Source of the DNA: an uncultured bacterium
Lineage (GTDB): Bacteria; Acidobacteriota; Aminicenantia; UBA2199
Reading direction: 5' to 3'
NCBI GenBank assembly: GCA_965603365.1
Contig: CBFDCR010000008.1
Location: forward strand, 24,531 to 88,530
Length of the DNA stretch: 64,000 bases
The notes below the pieces were generated by a model, which saw only the letters and a program-made list of their open reading frames with translations, was not told where the DNA came from and made no database searches. A program made the translations under genes and the position numbers. Of the stretch, positions 9,639 to 19,271 are shown in pieces; within the stretch, counting starts at the first letter, position 1; each line of letters begins with the position of its first letter.

Positions 9639-10128
9639 ATTTTCCCAACGCGGCGTTCCTGGTTTTAGTCAGATTTAGCTTATTAAGATAAACCATCCTG
9701 CCGTCTTTTTCAATATTAAAAATAAATTTTTTAATATCCCGATAAGTTCCACTCAGGTTGAAATTGAGAGAAACCCTCACAATGCCGTCAGCTAAATTTT
9801 TGATCCTGTAAGTTGTTTTAAAAGAATTTAACATATTGCCCTGGAAAATTGACTCCAACTGGTTTCGGAAATCGGAAAAGGCCGCATACTGCGTCAAATA
9901 GTCGGCCTTAAATTGGCCGTAAGTCTTCTCAATGTTTTGCCACTCTAAAACCTTCTTATCCAGTTTGGAGAACTCAGCCTCCTGGGTTCGCAGCTCCTGC
10001 AATCGATCGTCTAAATTCTGGATGGAAATTTTTTCCAGTGAGGTATAACCAAAAGAGAACAACAAAAATAGTGTGCTCATAACCAGAACCGATAAGAACA
10101 CATAGACGAGTATTTTAATGTTTCTCAT
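9610..10128 (-). CDS. PilO/GspM-like protein
   Basis: N-terminal TM, coiled coil, LSGTYRDIKKFIFNIE motif; operon position. Confidence 0.7.
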   Translation of the reverse strand: MRNIKILVYVFLSVLVMSTLFLLFSFGYTSLEKISIQNLDDRLQELRTQEAEFSKLDKKVLEWQNIEKTYGQFKADYLTQYAAFSDFRNQLESIFQGNMLNSFKTTYRIKNLADGIVRVSLNFNLSGTYRDIKKFIFNIEKDGRMVYLNKLNLTKTRNAALGKFAMEAYFVR

Positions 10129-10664
10129 TTTTGTTTTCCCATTTTTAAAGCCAGATTGGCCCGATAAAACCCTTTCACCTCGGTCTCATTGTTGACCTCA
10201 AGATTAAATCTGGCAAAACTCTTATAAGCCTCGATCAATTTGGGGAACGAATCGCTCATAATAGTGATGGAGATCTTCCCTTTATTCTCAAAATTGCAGG
10301 AAAACCTGGTAATAAAAACACCGGCTGGCAGCGACTCTTCCAGGAGGGTTAAGATTTTAATATAAGAAAATTTCTTGCGGGCAATCAGGGAATTGGCAAG
10401 TTTGACTCTCTTATCCCATTTGGACTTAATCTCTTTGATGGTCTGCTCATATTCCCTGGATTTCACTGAGATTTCCTGCAATTTTCCCTTTAACCGACCG
10501 AGTTCCTTTAAGTCTTTCTGCCTGGTTTGCCGGTCCCCGAACAGGTTTTTCATTCCCCCAAAGACAAATGCCAGTGAAATCACCAGTACCACAGCCGAAA
10601 AGAGCAAAAACTTAAAGCCATCGACTCTCTTATTTTCAGCAATATTAAATTTAAGCGTTTTCAT
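10125..10664 (-). CDS. PilN/GspL-like protein
   Basis: TM, coiled coil, LTLLEESLPAGVFIT motif; operon position. Confidence 0.7.
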   Translation of the reverse strand: MKTLKFNIAENKRVDGFKFLLFSAVVLVISLAFVFGGMKNLFGDRQTRQKDLKELGRLKGKLQEISVKSREYEQTIKEIKSKWDKRVKLANSLIARKKFSYIKILTLLEESLPAGVFITRFSCNFENKGKISITIMSDSFPKLIEAYKSFARFNLEVNNETEVKGFYRANLALKMGKQK

Positions 10665-11473
10665 CGTATTCCCGGTAAATACAGGGGGCGGTCTATATTC
10701 CCCTTTATCTCATTTATTTCCTGTTCGGCCAATCCATCCCGGATCGTCTGCAGGTCGAATTTTGAGTGGATGGCCAACAATGAATATGAGAGGGTATCCT
10801 TAGCGTAGCTGGTCTTCACAAAATTCAAGGTTTTAATAATCTCCTCCACCATGTCACTGTCCTGATCACTCCTGAATTTTCTCAGGTAATAGGGGACGAA
10901 TTTGTCTTGAAATACGATGGTGGAAAGATCTTGATCGATTTCGATCAAAAAATCCGGCGATTTCTTCCGACCGAACCTTCGGGAAGTTTTCCAGAGATGG
11001 TTCATGATCTCTATGGTGGAATTACCGATATAAATCAGTTCCAGTTGATTCTCCCGGAAAATATGTTCGATTTTCTGGAGCAAGTCTTTTTTCAATAACA
11101 CCGAAAGGACTCGATTCCGGCTTAATTTGAAATAGTGGTGCAGGTAGAGATCGATATTTTCGGGGAAGACTTTCTCAACCCGCCATTCGATTAGCTCCCG
11201 CTGTCGCTCTTCCCACAGGGGAATTTTCTCGAATTCAAAAATATTAAATACAAAATTTTCCGAATTCAAAACAATCCCCACCTGGGAATCTGCCAATTCT
11301 TTTCTGATCTCGCCCAACTCCGAAACAGCCATCTCAAAAATTGACACATCGGTCAGTGTCCCGGTTTTTTGGGCCGTGCCTTTGCCGACTTTAAAGATGT
11401 CGAGATAGTTGTCGCCGGCATAGATCACCTGAGAAGGATTCTTAAAATGAATAAATAATTCCGTCATAGCCAT
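10661..11473 (-). CDS. PilM-like protein
   Basis: Soluble protein between the ATPase and PilN-like genes; weak resemblance (ELIEWRVEKVFP). Confidence 0.55.
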   Translation of the reverse strand: MAMTELFIHFKNPSQVIYAGDNYLDIFKVGKGTAQKTGTLTDVSIFEMAVSELGEIRKELADSQVGIVLNSENFVFNIFEFEKIPLWEERQRELIEWRVEKVFPENIDLYLHHYFKLSRNRVLSVLLKKDLLQKIEHIFRENQLELIYIGNSTIEIMNHLWKTSRRFGRKKSPDFLIEIDQDLSTIVFQDKFVPYYLRKFRSDQDSDMVEEIIKTLNFVKTSYAKDTLSYSLLAIHSKFDLQTIRDGLAEQEINEIKGNIDRPLYLPGIR

Positions 11474-12999
11474 TCTTTTATGGTCACCCTGTTTAATTCT
11501 TCGATAGAGGTAATCCCGGCCTTCACCTTTTCGAGTCCATCTTTTCTCAAGGGAGCCATCCCCTGGCCCATGGCCTCCTTTTTGATCTCAGACGTCGGTT
11601 TTTTCTCCAGGATCATCTCCTTGATTTTATCCGTCAATTCCAGGATCTCACCGATGGCGGTCCGGCCGGAGTAACCAAGACCGGAACACTCCGGGCACCC
11701 CCTGGGCCGATAAATTTCCTGGGAAAAGCAATTCTTGTCGAGCCGGTTGTACGTACAATCCTTTTTACTGGGGGTGTATTTCTCCTTGCACTCCCCACAC
11801 AACACCCGTACCAGCCTCTGGGCGGCGATGCAATTTAACGAAGATATAAAACTATACGTATCGACACCCATGTGGATAAATCTGCCCAGCACGTCAAACA
11901 CGTTGTTGGCGTGCACGGTGGTGAAGACCAGGTGTCCGGTCAGGGCAGACTGGATGGCAATCTGGGCCGTCTCCGGGTCCCGGATTTCTCCCACCATGAT
12001 CTTGTCGGGATCGTGTCTCAAGATGGAACGTAAACCCCTGGCAAATGTCAATCCCTTCTTTTCATTGACCGGAATCTGGGTGATCTCGTCGATCTGGTAT
12101 TCCACCGGGTCCTCGATGGTGATAATTTTGTCCTCCGGGTTCTTGATCTCGTTGAGGGCTGCATAGAGAGTGGTGGTCTTGCCGCTGCCGGTGGGCCCGG
12201 TCACCAGGAACATGCCGTAGGGTTGGGTGATGTAATATCTGATTTTTTCCAGCAGCGAATCGGTAAATCCCAGTTGCTCTAGCCTCAATTCACCGATACT
12301 TTCGGTAATCATCTCCCGGTCTAAGACACGAATCACCGCATTCTCACCGTAGATTCCCGGCATGATGGAGACCCTGAAATCGATGGTCTTATGTTTAAAC
12401 TTCATGCGGAACCGACCGTCCTGGGGAATCCTCCTCTCGGCAATGTCCAGATCCGATATGACCTTTAAGCGGGTGATCAAGGGGGAGTGATAGATCATGT
12501 CCAGTGGATCCATGATCTGGTTCAGGATGCCGTCAATTCTGAATTTAATCATCACCGACTTGTCCTGGGCCTCTAAATGTATGTCGGAGGCCCGCTTATT
12601 GACGGCTGAAAACACGATATTGTTCAGCAGTTTAATGACGGAGTCATCCTCTTCGGTAATTTTATCGAGGGTCAGGGATTCCTCTTCGACCTCCTCGACC
12701 TTCCTCTTGACAAAAAAGCTCTCCGACTTGTCTTTCAGAACCTTGGTGAAGGTATCGCTTTTCTTTAGAATCCGCTCGATATCGTCTTTCTTGGCCCGGA
12801 AGGGTAAGGCCTTTTTGCGGATAAAGTTTTCCACGATGGTGATTTTATCCAGGTTCTCCGGATCGAACATGGCGATTTCAAGGGAATTGCCATTTTCCTT
12901 GATCGGGAAAAACAGGTTCTTGATCAAAAACTCGGCCGGGAACTTGCCCAGCAAGTCGTAATCAATTTTGACTTTTGCTAAATCCACTTCTTTTATCAT
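11464..12999 (-). CDS. GspE/PilB secretion or pilus assembly ATPase
   Basis: ASDIH, RIPQDGR, GPTGSGKTTTLY, TIEDPVEY, LRHDPDKIMVGEIRD, CGEC/CPEC zinc motif. Confidence 0.95.
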   Translation of the reverse strand: MIKEVDLAKVKIDYDLLGKFPAEFLIKNLFFPIKENGNSLEIAMFDPENLDKITIVENFIRKKALPFRAKKDDIERILKKSDTFTKVLKDKSESFFVKRKVEEVEEESLTLDKITEEDDSVIKLLNNIVFSAVNKRASDIHLEAQDKSVMIKFRIDGILNQIMDPLDMIYHSPLITRLKVISDLDIAERRIPQDGRFRMKFKHKTIDFRVSIMPGIYGENAVIRVLDREMITESIGELRLEQLGFTDSLLEKIRYYITQPYGMFLVTGPTGSGKTTTLYAALNEIKNPEDKIITIEDPVEYQIDEITQIPVNEKKGLTFARGLRSILRHDPDKIMVGEIRDPETAQIAIQSALTGHLVFTTVHANNVFDVLGRFIHMGVDTYSFISSLNCIAAQRLVRVLCGECKEKYTPSKKDCTYNRLDKNCFSQEIYRPRGCPECSGLGYSGRTAIGEILELTDKIKEMILEKKPTSEIKKEAMGQGMAPLRKDGLEKVKAGITSIEELNRVTIKEWL

Positions 13000-14204
13000 C
13001 TGACTATCCTAATGGTATTAAAAATCGGTAAATATATCGACAGCAGCATAAATAGAATGACCAGCCCCAATACAATAATAATAACCGGCTCGATCAGGGA
13101 TATAATCGTATTGATCTTGGTATCTATCGACGTTTCAAAAAAGTCGGCATTCTTATTCAATACATCCGGCAAATTACCCGATGAATCTCCCACCCGGACG
13201 ACCTCTACCATAATCTTGGGGACTTCAGCTACCTCATCCAACACCTGGGAAAGTAAGTTGCCTTCCTTGATCTTATCGGCGATATGTCGGATTTTCGAGA
13301 ACAGGTATCTGTTTGAAAAGGTCTCCACGGCAATGGCGGTGGACTCCGGAACCGGTATGCCCCCGGAAATCAAAATATTCATGGTCCGGGAAAACACGGC
13401 CATGGCGTTTTCGGTGATAATTTTGCCGATAAGGGGAATTTTCAACTTCAGGCGATCCATGATGATAATTTTGTCGTTCGCCTTTTCCAGCAGTTTGACG
13501 GCCGCAAAAACGGATATGAAAATCGCAATAAATAACAGGAAATTTCCTTTTAGAAACACGGAGGTGGAAATGAAGAACTGGGTGAAAAAGGGTAATTGGG
13601 CCTCGAAACTTTCGTAAAAGGAAGAAAACTTGGGAATCACAAATACCATGACCACGGTGACGATGCCGATCATAAAAAAGAAAAGAATCACCGGATAGGA
13701 GAGGCTGCTGACGGTCTTTCGCCTAAGGTTGGTGATTTTTTCTAGATAACCGTTGAACTTCTCAATCACCGCCTCCAGCTCCCCGCTCTTTTCCCCTGCC
13801 AGAAGCGACGAGCGGTATATCTTTTGAAACGGCAATTGGCTCGAGGCAAAGGCGTCGGAGATTTGAATGCCGTTCTGGATATCGGCCTTTGCCTGGGATA
13901 AAATCTCTCTCAAATGACCCTTCTTCATGTTGCCGACAATCACCTCTAACGCCCGGATGAACGTAATTCCCGCCTTCAACATCACAATTAACTTCTGGTT
14001 AAACAGTAAAAATTCCGAATATTTCACCTTTCGGGAGAAGATTTTAAAAAATGAAAATTGGGTGAACAAGAGCCGTTGAATGGAGATCAACTTCTCATCC
14101 GCATCTTCATAGTTCGCCCGCAGTGCCCGTTTACTATCGGCGAACAGGGTCCTGGTGGCGAAGTCACCGGCTTCATTCATAAAAGTGCATTTATAGTACG
14201 ACAT
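12996..14204 (-). CDS. GspF/PilC inner-membrane platform protein
   Basis: Duplicated GspF domains (AGEKSGELE, VGDSSGNLP, LIEPVIIIVLG...IYLPIF). Confidence 0.92.
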   Translation of the reverse strand: MSYYKCTFMNEAGDFATRTLFADSKRALRANYEDADEKLISIQRLLFTQFSFFKIFSRKVKYSEFLLFNQKLIVMLKAGITFIRALEVIVGNMKKGHLREILSQAKADIQNGIQISDAFASSQLPFQKIYRSSLLAGEKSGELEAVIEKFNGYLEKITNLRRKTVSSLSYPVILFFFMIGIVTVVMVFVIPKFSSFYESFEAQLPFFTQFFISTSVFLKGNFLLFIAIFISVFAAVKLLEKANDKIIIMDRLKLKIPLIGKIITENAMAVFSRTMNILISGGIPVPESTAIAVETFSNRYLFSKIRHIADKIKEGNLLSQVLDEVAEVPKIMVEVVRVGDSSGNLPDVLNKNADFFETSIDTKINTIISLIEPVIIIVLGLVILFMLLSIYLPIFNTIRIVR

Positions 14205-15469
14205 TAGAGAACCGACCTCCGGGGGAAATAGGATTTTAATGCTTCGGGGACAGCGATTTTCCCCTCCGTGGTTTGATAATTTTCCATAATGGCGGCCACG
14301 GTTCGTCCCACCGCCAAACCGGAACCGTTTATAGTATGAACAAATCCCTTTCTGCCCTCTTTGCCTTTAAATCTAATCCTGGCCCGCCGGGCTTGAAAAT
14401 CCTCGAAGTTGGAGCAGGAAGAAATTTCCATATAGCCGCTGCGGGCCGGCATCCAGACCTCCAGGTCATACGTCTTGGCTGCCGAAAAGGACATATCGCC
14501 GCTGCACAGCAGCACCACCCGGTAGTGTAAATTTAGCGCCTGCAAAATCGACTCTGCATCCCCGGTCAGCCCCTCCAGTTCATCATAGGAGCTTTCGGGA
14601 GCGGTAAATTTCAACAGTTCCACCTTGTTAAATTGATGCTGCCGGATAATGCCCCGCACGTCTTTGCCGTAAGAGCCGGCTTCGCTGCGAAAACAGGGGG
14701 TGTAAGCCACAAATTTCTGGGGCAAATCGCTCTCGGCCAGCACCTCGTCCCGGTAGATATTCGTCAGCGGCACTTCCGCCGTAGGCACCAGGTAAAGATT
14801 GTAGCCCTCCACCTTAAACAAATCGTCTTTAAATTTCGGCAAATTGCCGGTGCCGATCAGGCTCTCGTCGTTTACCAGGAAGGGGGGCAGCACTTCGGTA
14901 TAGCCGTTTTTCTGGGTGTGAGCCTCCAGCATAAACTGGATCAAGACCCTCTCCAGTTTGGCTAAGGTTTGAAAATAGAGGGCAAACCGGGCACCGGCTA
15001 TCTTGGCGGCCCGCTGGAAATCCAGGAGATGGTTCATCTCCCCCAACTCCCAATGGGGCCGGGGGCTAAAATCAAATTCCGGTTTCCTGCCCCACTCCCG
15101 AACCAGCCGGTTTTCCGACTCATCCTTGCCCAGCGGCACGGAGTCGTCGAATAGATTGGGAATACCCATCAGCAAATCCTGGAATTTCTCCTCTAACCCG
15201 GCCAACCCCTCTTCAATGGCGGAGATCTTCCCGGATAGGGCCACGGACTCCTCTTCAAGAGACTTTGTATCCCCATTATCGTGCTTCAATTTGCCGATCT
15301 CTTTGTTTATCTTCTTTTTCCGACTCTTTAAACTCTCCACCTCGGTAATCAACTGCCGTCTTTTCTGGTCGATTTCCTTGAAAAGAGTGGTGTCAAAGTC
15401 TACCCCCTTGGCGGTGACTTTTTGTCTGACTTCATCAAGATGATCTCGAACCAAATTTAAATCCAGCAT
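14204..15469 (-). CDS. serS: Serine--tRNA ligase
   Basis: MLDLNLVR, LVPTAEVPL, FRSEAGSYGKD, RQHQFNKVEL, EISSCSN and HTINGSGLAVGRT motifs. Confidence 0.98.
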   Translation of the reverse strand: MLDLNLVRDHLDEVRQKVTAKGVDFDTTLFKEIDQKRRQLITEVESLKSRKKKINKEIGKLKHDNGDTKSLEEESVALSGKISAIEEGLAGLEEKFQDLLMGIPNLFDDSVPLGKDESENRLVREWGRKPEFDFSPRPHWELGEMNHLLDFQRAAKIAGARFALYFQTLAKLERVLIQFMLEAHTQKNGYTEVLPPFLVNDESLIGTGNLPKFKDDLFKVEGYNLYLVPTAEVPLTNIYRDEVLAESDLPQKFVAYTPCFRSEAGSYGKDVRGIIRQHQFNKVELLKFTAPESSYDELEGLTGDAESILQALNLHYRVVLLCSGDMSFSAAKTYDLEVWMPARSGYMEISSCSNFEDFQARRARIRFKGKEGRKGFVHTINGSGLAVGRTVAAIMENYQTTEGKIAVPEALKSYFPRRSVL

Positions 15470-15562
15470 GGTAAAATTCTTATCTCGTCCCTATTTTACA
15501 TCCACTTAAATCTTGAGGGGTCATCTATTTATAATATAATTGTCACTAAAATGTCACCGCCT

Positions 15563-16369
15563 CTACCTGGTGAACCGGCTGCGCAGCCCTTCGCCGATAA
15601 AATGGAAGGCCATGATCAGGCCGAACAACACCAAACCGGGAATGACCATCAGGCCGGGCCGGTCAAACAGGTGCCCCCGGCCGGCATCCAGCAGTTGCCC
15701 TAAGGTGGGAATTTCCGGTTTTAGCCCCACCCCCAGGAAGTTGAGGCTCGATTCTGCCAGGATCACGCCGCAGATGGCCAGCGATGCCTGGATAAACAGC
15801 AGCGGCAGTATCAGCGGCAGCAGGTGAAAAAACAGGATGCGCCAGAACGAGGCATTGTAACTCTTAGCCGCCAGTATAAACTCCTGCTGCTTGTATTTCA
15901 GCACCTCCCCCCGGATGAGCCGGGCAAAGGGGCCCCAACCGGCAAAGGCTAAGACCCCGATCAGGGTATCGATCCCAGGACTTAAGAAAGAGGCCAGTGC
16001 CAGTGCCAGCAAAATCCCCGGGAAAGCCATGATGACATCCACCAGCCGCATGATGAGACCGTCAAAAAGGCCGCCGGCATAACCGGAGATCAGACCCAAT
16101 ACCGTGCCGACGGCAGCAGATAAGCCCACCGCCGCCACGCCGATCAAAAGGGAAATCCAGGCCCCGTAAACCACACAGGAGAGTACGTCCCGGCCCAGGT
16201 CGTCGGTGCCCAGCAGGTAAACAGATGAAGCCGGTTCCAGGCGGCGATCCATATCGAGTTCGATGGAGAAGTCGTATAACAGGACAACTCCCCCCATCGA
16301 CAGCAGCATGACGCCCAGCAGCCCCGTGCCGATCCCTAGCTGGATATTTTTAAGCCGCAGACACTTCAT
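15563..16369 (-). CDS. Peptide/nickel ABC transporter permease (DppC/OppC-like)
   Basis: LGTDDLGRD motif and EAA loop (EFILAAKSYNAS). Start placed at ATG 16369 after AGGA. Confidence 0.9.
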   Translation of the reverse strand: MKCLRLKNIQLGIGTGLLGVMLLSMGGVVLLYDFSIELDMDRRLEPASSVYLLGTDDLGRDVLSCVVYGAWISLLIGVAAVGLSAAVGTVLGLISGYAGGLFDGLIMRLVDVIMAFPGILLALALASFLSPGIDTLIGVLAFAGWGPFARLIRGEVLKYKQQEFILAAKSYNASFWRILFFHLLPLILPLLFIQASLAICGVILAESSLNFLGVGLKPEIPTLGQLLDAGRGHLFDRPGLMVIPGLVLFGLIMAFHFIGEGLRSRFTR

Positions 16370-17297
16370 TCTTGATCCTGGGGTCCAACAGAAAATAGGA
16401 CACATCCACCAGAAAGTTCACCATTAAATACACCGCACTCATAAACACGATGAGTCCCTGCACCATGGGATAGTCCCGGCGGTACACCGATTGGATGAGC
16501 AGGACCCCTATCCCCTGCCAGGAAAATATGGTCTCGGTGACGATGGCGCCGGTGAGCAGGAAGCCGAACTGCATGCCCATGGTGGTGATGATGGGGATCA
16601 AGGCATTTTTCAGGATGTGCCTGAAAAATATCTTCATCTCCGACAGTCCCTTAGCCCGGGCCAGCAGTACATAGGGTTTCTGGAGTTCCGTGCCCACCGA
16701 GGTACGGATGATGCGGGTCAAAGAAGCGGTCATGGACGTCCCCAGGGTCAGGGCCGGCAGCACCAGGTAACGCATCCCCTCCGAGCCCGAGACCGGCAGC
16801 CAGCCAAATGTGATGGAGAACAGCAAAATCAACAGCGGCCCTAAGAAAAAGTTAGGGATAGCCTGCCCGGCGGCGCTGAAAAAAATCACCGCCGACTCAA
16901 ATCCCGACTTCTTCTTAAAGGCCGCCGCCGTGCCCAGGGGGAAGGAGATCAGGAGAGCAATCAGCATGGCCGCCAGCGCCAGGTACACCGTATTGGGCAG
17001 GTAGTCGACAATGTTGGCGATCACCTGCCGGCGATTGTACAGCGATGTACCCAGGCTCAAATTCAGGAGATTCCGGTTGAAGTCCAGGTACTGCGCCAAC
17101 AGCGGTTTGTCCAGGTTCAATTCCCGCCGGATCCGATCCATATCTTCGACATTCTCGCCCTCCCCCAGGATGCCGATAACCGGATCCCCGGGGATCACAT
17201 GGATCAAAAAGAAGGCCGCACACCCCACCGCCCACAGCAAAAACACCAGCATCAACAGTCGTTTTACAATATAGCCTCTCAAGGGCATCCTCATCAT
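16350..17297 (-). CDS. Peptide/nickel ABC transporter permease (DppB/OppB-like)
   Basis: IPGDP, LDKPLLAQY, ARAKGLSE, ETIFSWQGIG and RDYPMVQG motifs. Confidence 0.92.
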   Translation of the reverse strand: MMRMPLRGYIVKRLLMLVFLLWAVGCAAFFLIHVIPGDPVIGILGEGENVEDMDRIRRELNLDKPLLAQYLDFNRNLLNLSLGTSLYNRRQVIANIVDYLPNTVYLALAAMLIALLISFPLGTAAAFKKKSGFESAVIFFSAAGQAIPNFFLGPLLILLFSITFGWLPVSGSEGMRYLVLPALTLGTSMTASLTRIIRTSVGTELQKPYVLLARAKGLSEMKIFFRHILKNALIPIITTMGMQFGFLLTGAIVTETIFSWQGIGVLLIQSVYRRDYPMVQGLIVFMSAVYLMVNFLVDVSYFLLDPRIKNEVSAA

Positions 17298-17318
17298 TGA
17301 CGATTACGCAGCAGTGCG

Positions 17319-18458
17319 TTACGCAAAAGTGCGTAATCTTAAATATAAAGGAAAAAAGGGATCACAGAACCCGAATCGTTCCTCCAGCTTCTCGATAATA
17401 CCGGCCTCCATCAGGCTGTTAAGCGCCCGCTGGGTGCTGGAAACCGAAGACAGACCGAATTTTTCGGCATACTCCCTGGAAAAGATACTCTCCTTCTGGT
17501 GGACCAGGGCATGCAGCACCTTGCGTTGATAAATCGTGAGCTGGTCAAATAGAGTGTGGTAATAATCGCTCTGGTTATCCAGTATCAGGGATACCGCTTT
17601 TTCCACGGTGGTCTCATCCACCTCCAGGCCCTCTTCCCTGGCCAACTGCCAGACCTGTGAGGCCAGGAATTGATTGTAATAAGGGATATTGTCGGTATAA
17701 TCCAATATCTTTTCTAAAATCCCCTCGGCAAGCGCCAATCCCCCCCTGCTGAACTCTTCCCCGATATGGTCGATCATCTCTTCTGGGGATATTTTATCTA
17801 ATTTTACGATCTTACCGATGTTATAAAAGGCCCGTTTTTTATCGGCAAACAGGTTTAGCATCAAATGGGTCTTGCTGCCCATAAACACATAGCCGATATC
17901 GTCGTGAAATTGAAGCACCGAGCGGAACTGTTTTTCCATTGTCTCCCCATTCAGCCGATTGATCTCCTGGAATTCATCCAGCACGATGACCCATTTTTCA
18001 TCTTTTCCTTTGACTTTTTTCGGCAGATCCAGTGCATCCAGCAGGGAATACTCCCTGGGCACATTGGCACTGTAGGAAAATGAGAGCACCGGCTTGCCGC
18101 TGTCGTCGAAAGTAATGCTGGGCATGATCCCCCGCACAGATGCCTTTATCCTCTTCACCGCCTTCTGGAGCGAAGGCCCCATGGCCTCCATGATCCGGGA
18201 CGCATACAACTGGATAAAATTTTCCTGCGAAAAGACCTGGTAAAAATCCAGGTATGCGGTTTTAATCCCCTGCCCTTTCAGCTCTGCCAATACTTTCAAA
18301 ATCAAGGAAGTCTTCCCGTACCTCCGGGGCGAATACAAAATAATATTGTTGCCCCCCAACAGGTCGGATTTAATCCGGGCAATCTCCCTCTGCCGGTTAA
18401 TAAAATAGCGACCACTCACCACGGTTCCATACTTAAACGGATTCATCCCCCTAATCAT
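17319..18458 (-). CDS. Archaeal-type (ATPase_2/AAA) ATP-binding protein with C-terminal winged helix
   Basis: NPFKYG, SPRRYGKT (Walker A), IVLDEFQ (Walker B), FCDPFF terminus. Start codon uncertain (18458 or 18446). Confidence 0.8.
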   Translation of the reverse strand: MIRGMNPFKYGTVVSGRYFINRQREIARIKSDLLGGNNIILYSPRRYGKTSLILKVLAELKGQGIKTAYLDFYQVFSQENFIQLYASRIMEAMGPSLQKAVKRIKASVRGIMPSITFDDSGKPVLSFSYSANVPREYSLLDALDLPKKVKGKDEKWVIVLDEFQEINRLNGETMEKQFRSVLQFHDDIGYVFMGSKTHLMLNLFADKKRAFYNIGKIVKLDKISPEEMIDHIGEEFSRGGLALAEGILEKILDYTDNIPYYNQFLASQVWQLAREEGLEVDETTVEKAVSLILDNQSDYYHTLFDQLTIYQRKVLHALVHQKESIFSREYAEKFGLSSVSSTQRALNSLMEAGIIEKLEERFGFCDPFFPLYLRLRTFA

Positions 18459-18671
18459 ATAATGATCCCCCCCTCCTGTCAACCTCCCCTCAAGCTAAAG
18501 TGAAAGCTATGGCTTGAAGATTTTTAGATCCAATTCTTTGAAAGATTAAAGATATGGATTAAAATCTTTGCCTGACCCCAATCCGTCTCAACATTTAACG
18601 TTCCCCATCCCTGCCCTTTTATTTCTTCCCCAATGCGGTGCCGACACTCTTAAACATAGCATCAACATCCT

Positions 18672-18796
18672 TTGACGCGGTGTTAACGCTCTTTGACACG
18701 ATGTAAACGCCCTTTGACGCGGTGTAAACGCTCTTTGACGCGGTGCCAACGCATTTTGACGCGATGTAAACGCCCTTTGACAGGATGCAAAGCCCT
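18672..18796. repeat. Degenerate tandem array, 6 x 21 bp (consensus TTGACGCGGTGTAAACGCCCT)
   Basis: Units start at 18672, 18693, 18714, 18735, 18756 and 18777 (last unit 20 bp); no spacers. Confidence 0.9.
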
Positions 18797-18808
18797 AAAT
18801 TTTACCTG

Positions 18809-18991
18809 TTACCTTGTTAATCCATTAAAGTATTGTTTCAATTCCGTCTTTTCAAAGTATATGACAAACAGTTGATCCCCCGCCTTGAACCGGTGACTCC
18901 TGGAGTACTGCCCATTGGTAGAACTGCCGGGAGTGACATAACTCCCGACGAGTGAAAAATAAAGATTATCTTTAAAAATATCATATGCCAA
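18809..18991 (-). CDS. Small orphan ORF between the two 21-bp arrays
   Basis: 60-aa ORF; its TTG start overlaps the 3' end of the heptad ORF; no family recognised. Confidence 0.3.
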   Translation of the reverse strand: MAYDIFKDNLYFSLVGSYVTPGSSTNGQYSRSHRFKAGDQLFVIYFEKTELKQYFNGLTR

Positions 18992-19236
18992 CGATTTCTC
19001 CGCTTATGGTAATGGTTTTGCCCCTCATGTGGATGATTTCGCCGCCCATGTGAACGGCATCGCCCTCCCCGTGGATCGTTTCGCCCGCTATGTGAACGAT
19101 TTTTCCCTTCATGTGGATGATTTCTCCCCCTATGTGAATGGTTTTGCCGCCCGTGTGAATGATTTCTCCGGCTATGTGAATGATTTTGCCCTTCATGGCA
19201 ATGATTTCGCCGCTTATGGGAATCGTTTCTCCGGTT
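18985..19236. repeat. Degenerate tandem array, 12 x 21 bp (consensus ATGTGAATGATTTCGCCGCCT); the minus frame encodes His-containing heptads
   Basis: Units every 21 bp from 18985 to 19216. The minus frame reads G-[EK]-[IT]-[IV]-H-x-x (ORF 18981-19196). Confidence 0.9.
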
Positions 19237-19271
19237 ACACTCTAAATAGGAGAGGAGCCTTATTTAGTATC

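Noticed and set aside
18672-19236. CRISPR array
   Set aside because: Units are contiguous degenerate tandem repeats with no unique spacers, and there are no cas genes in the window.
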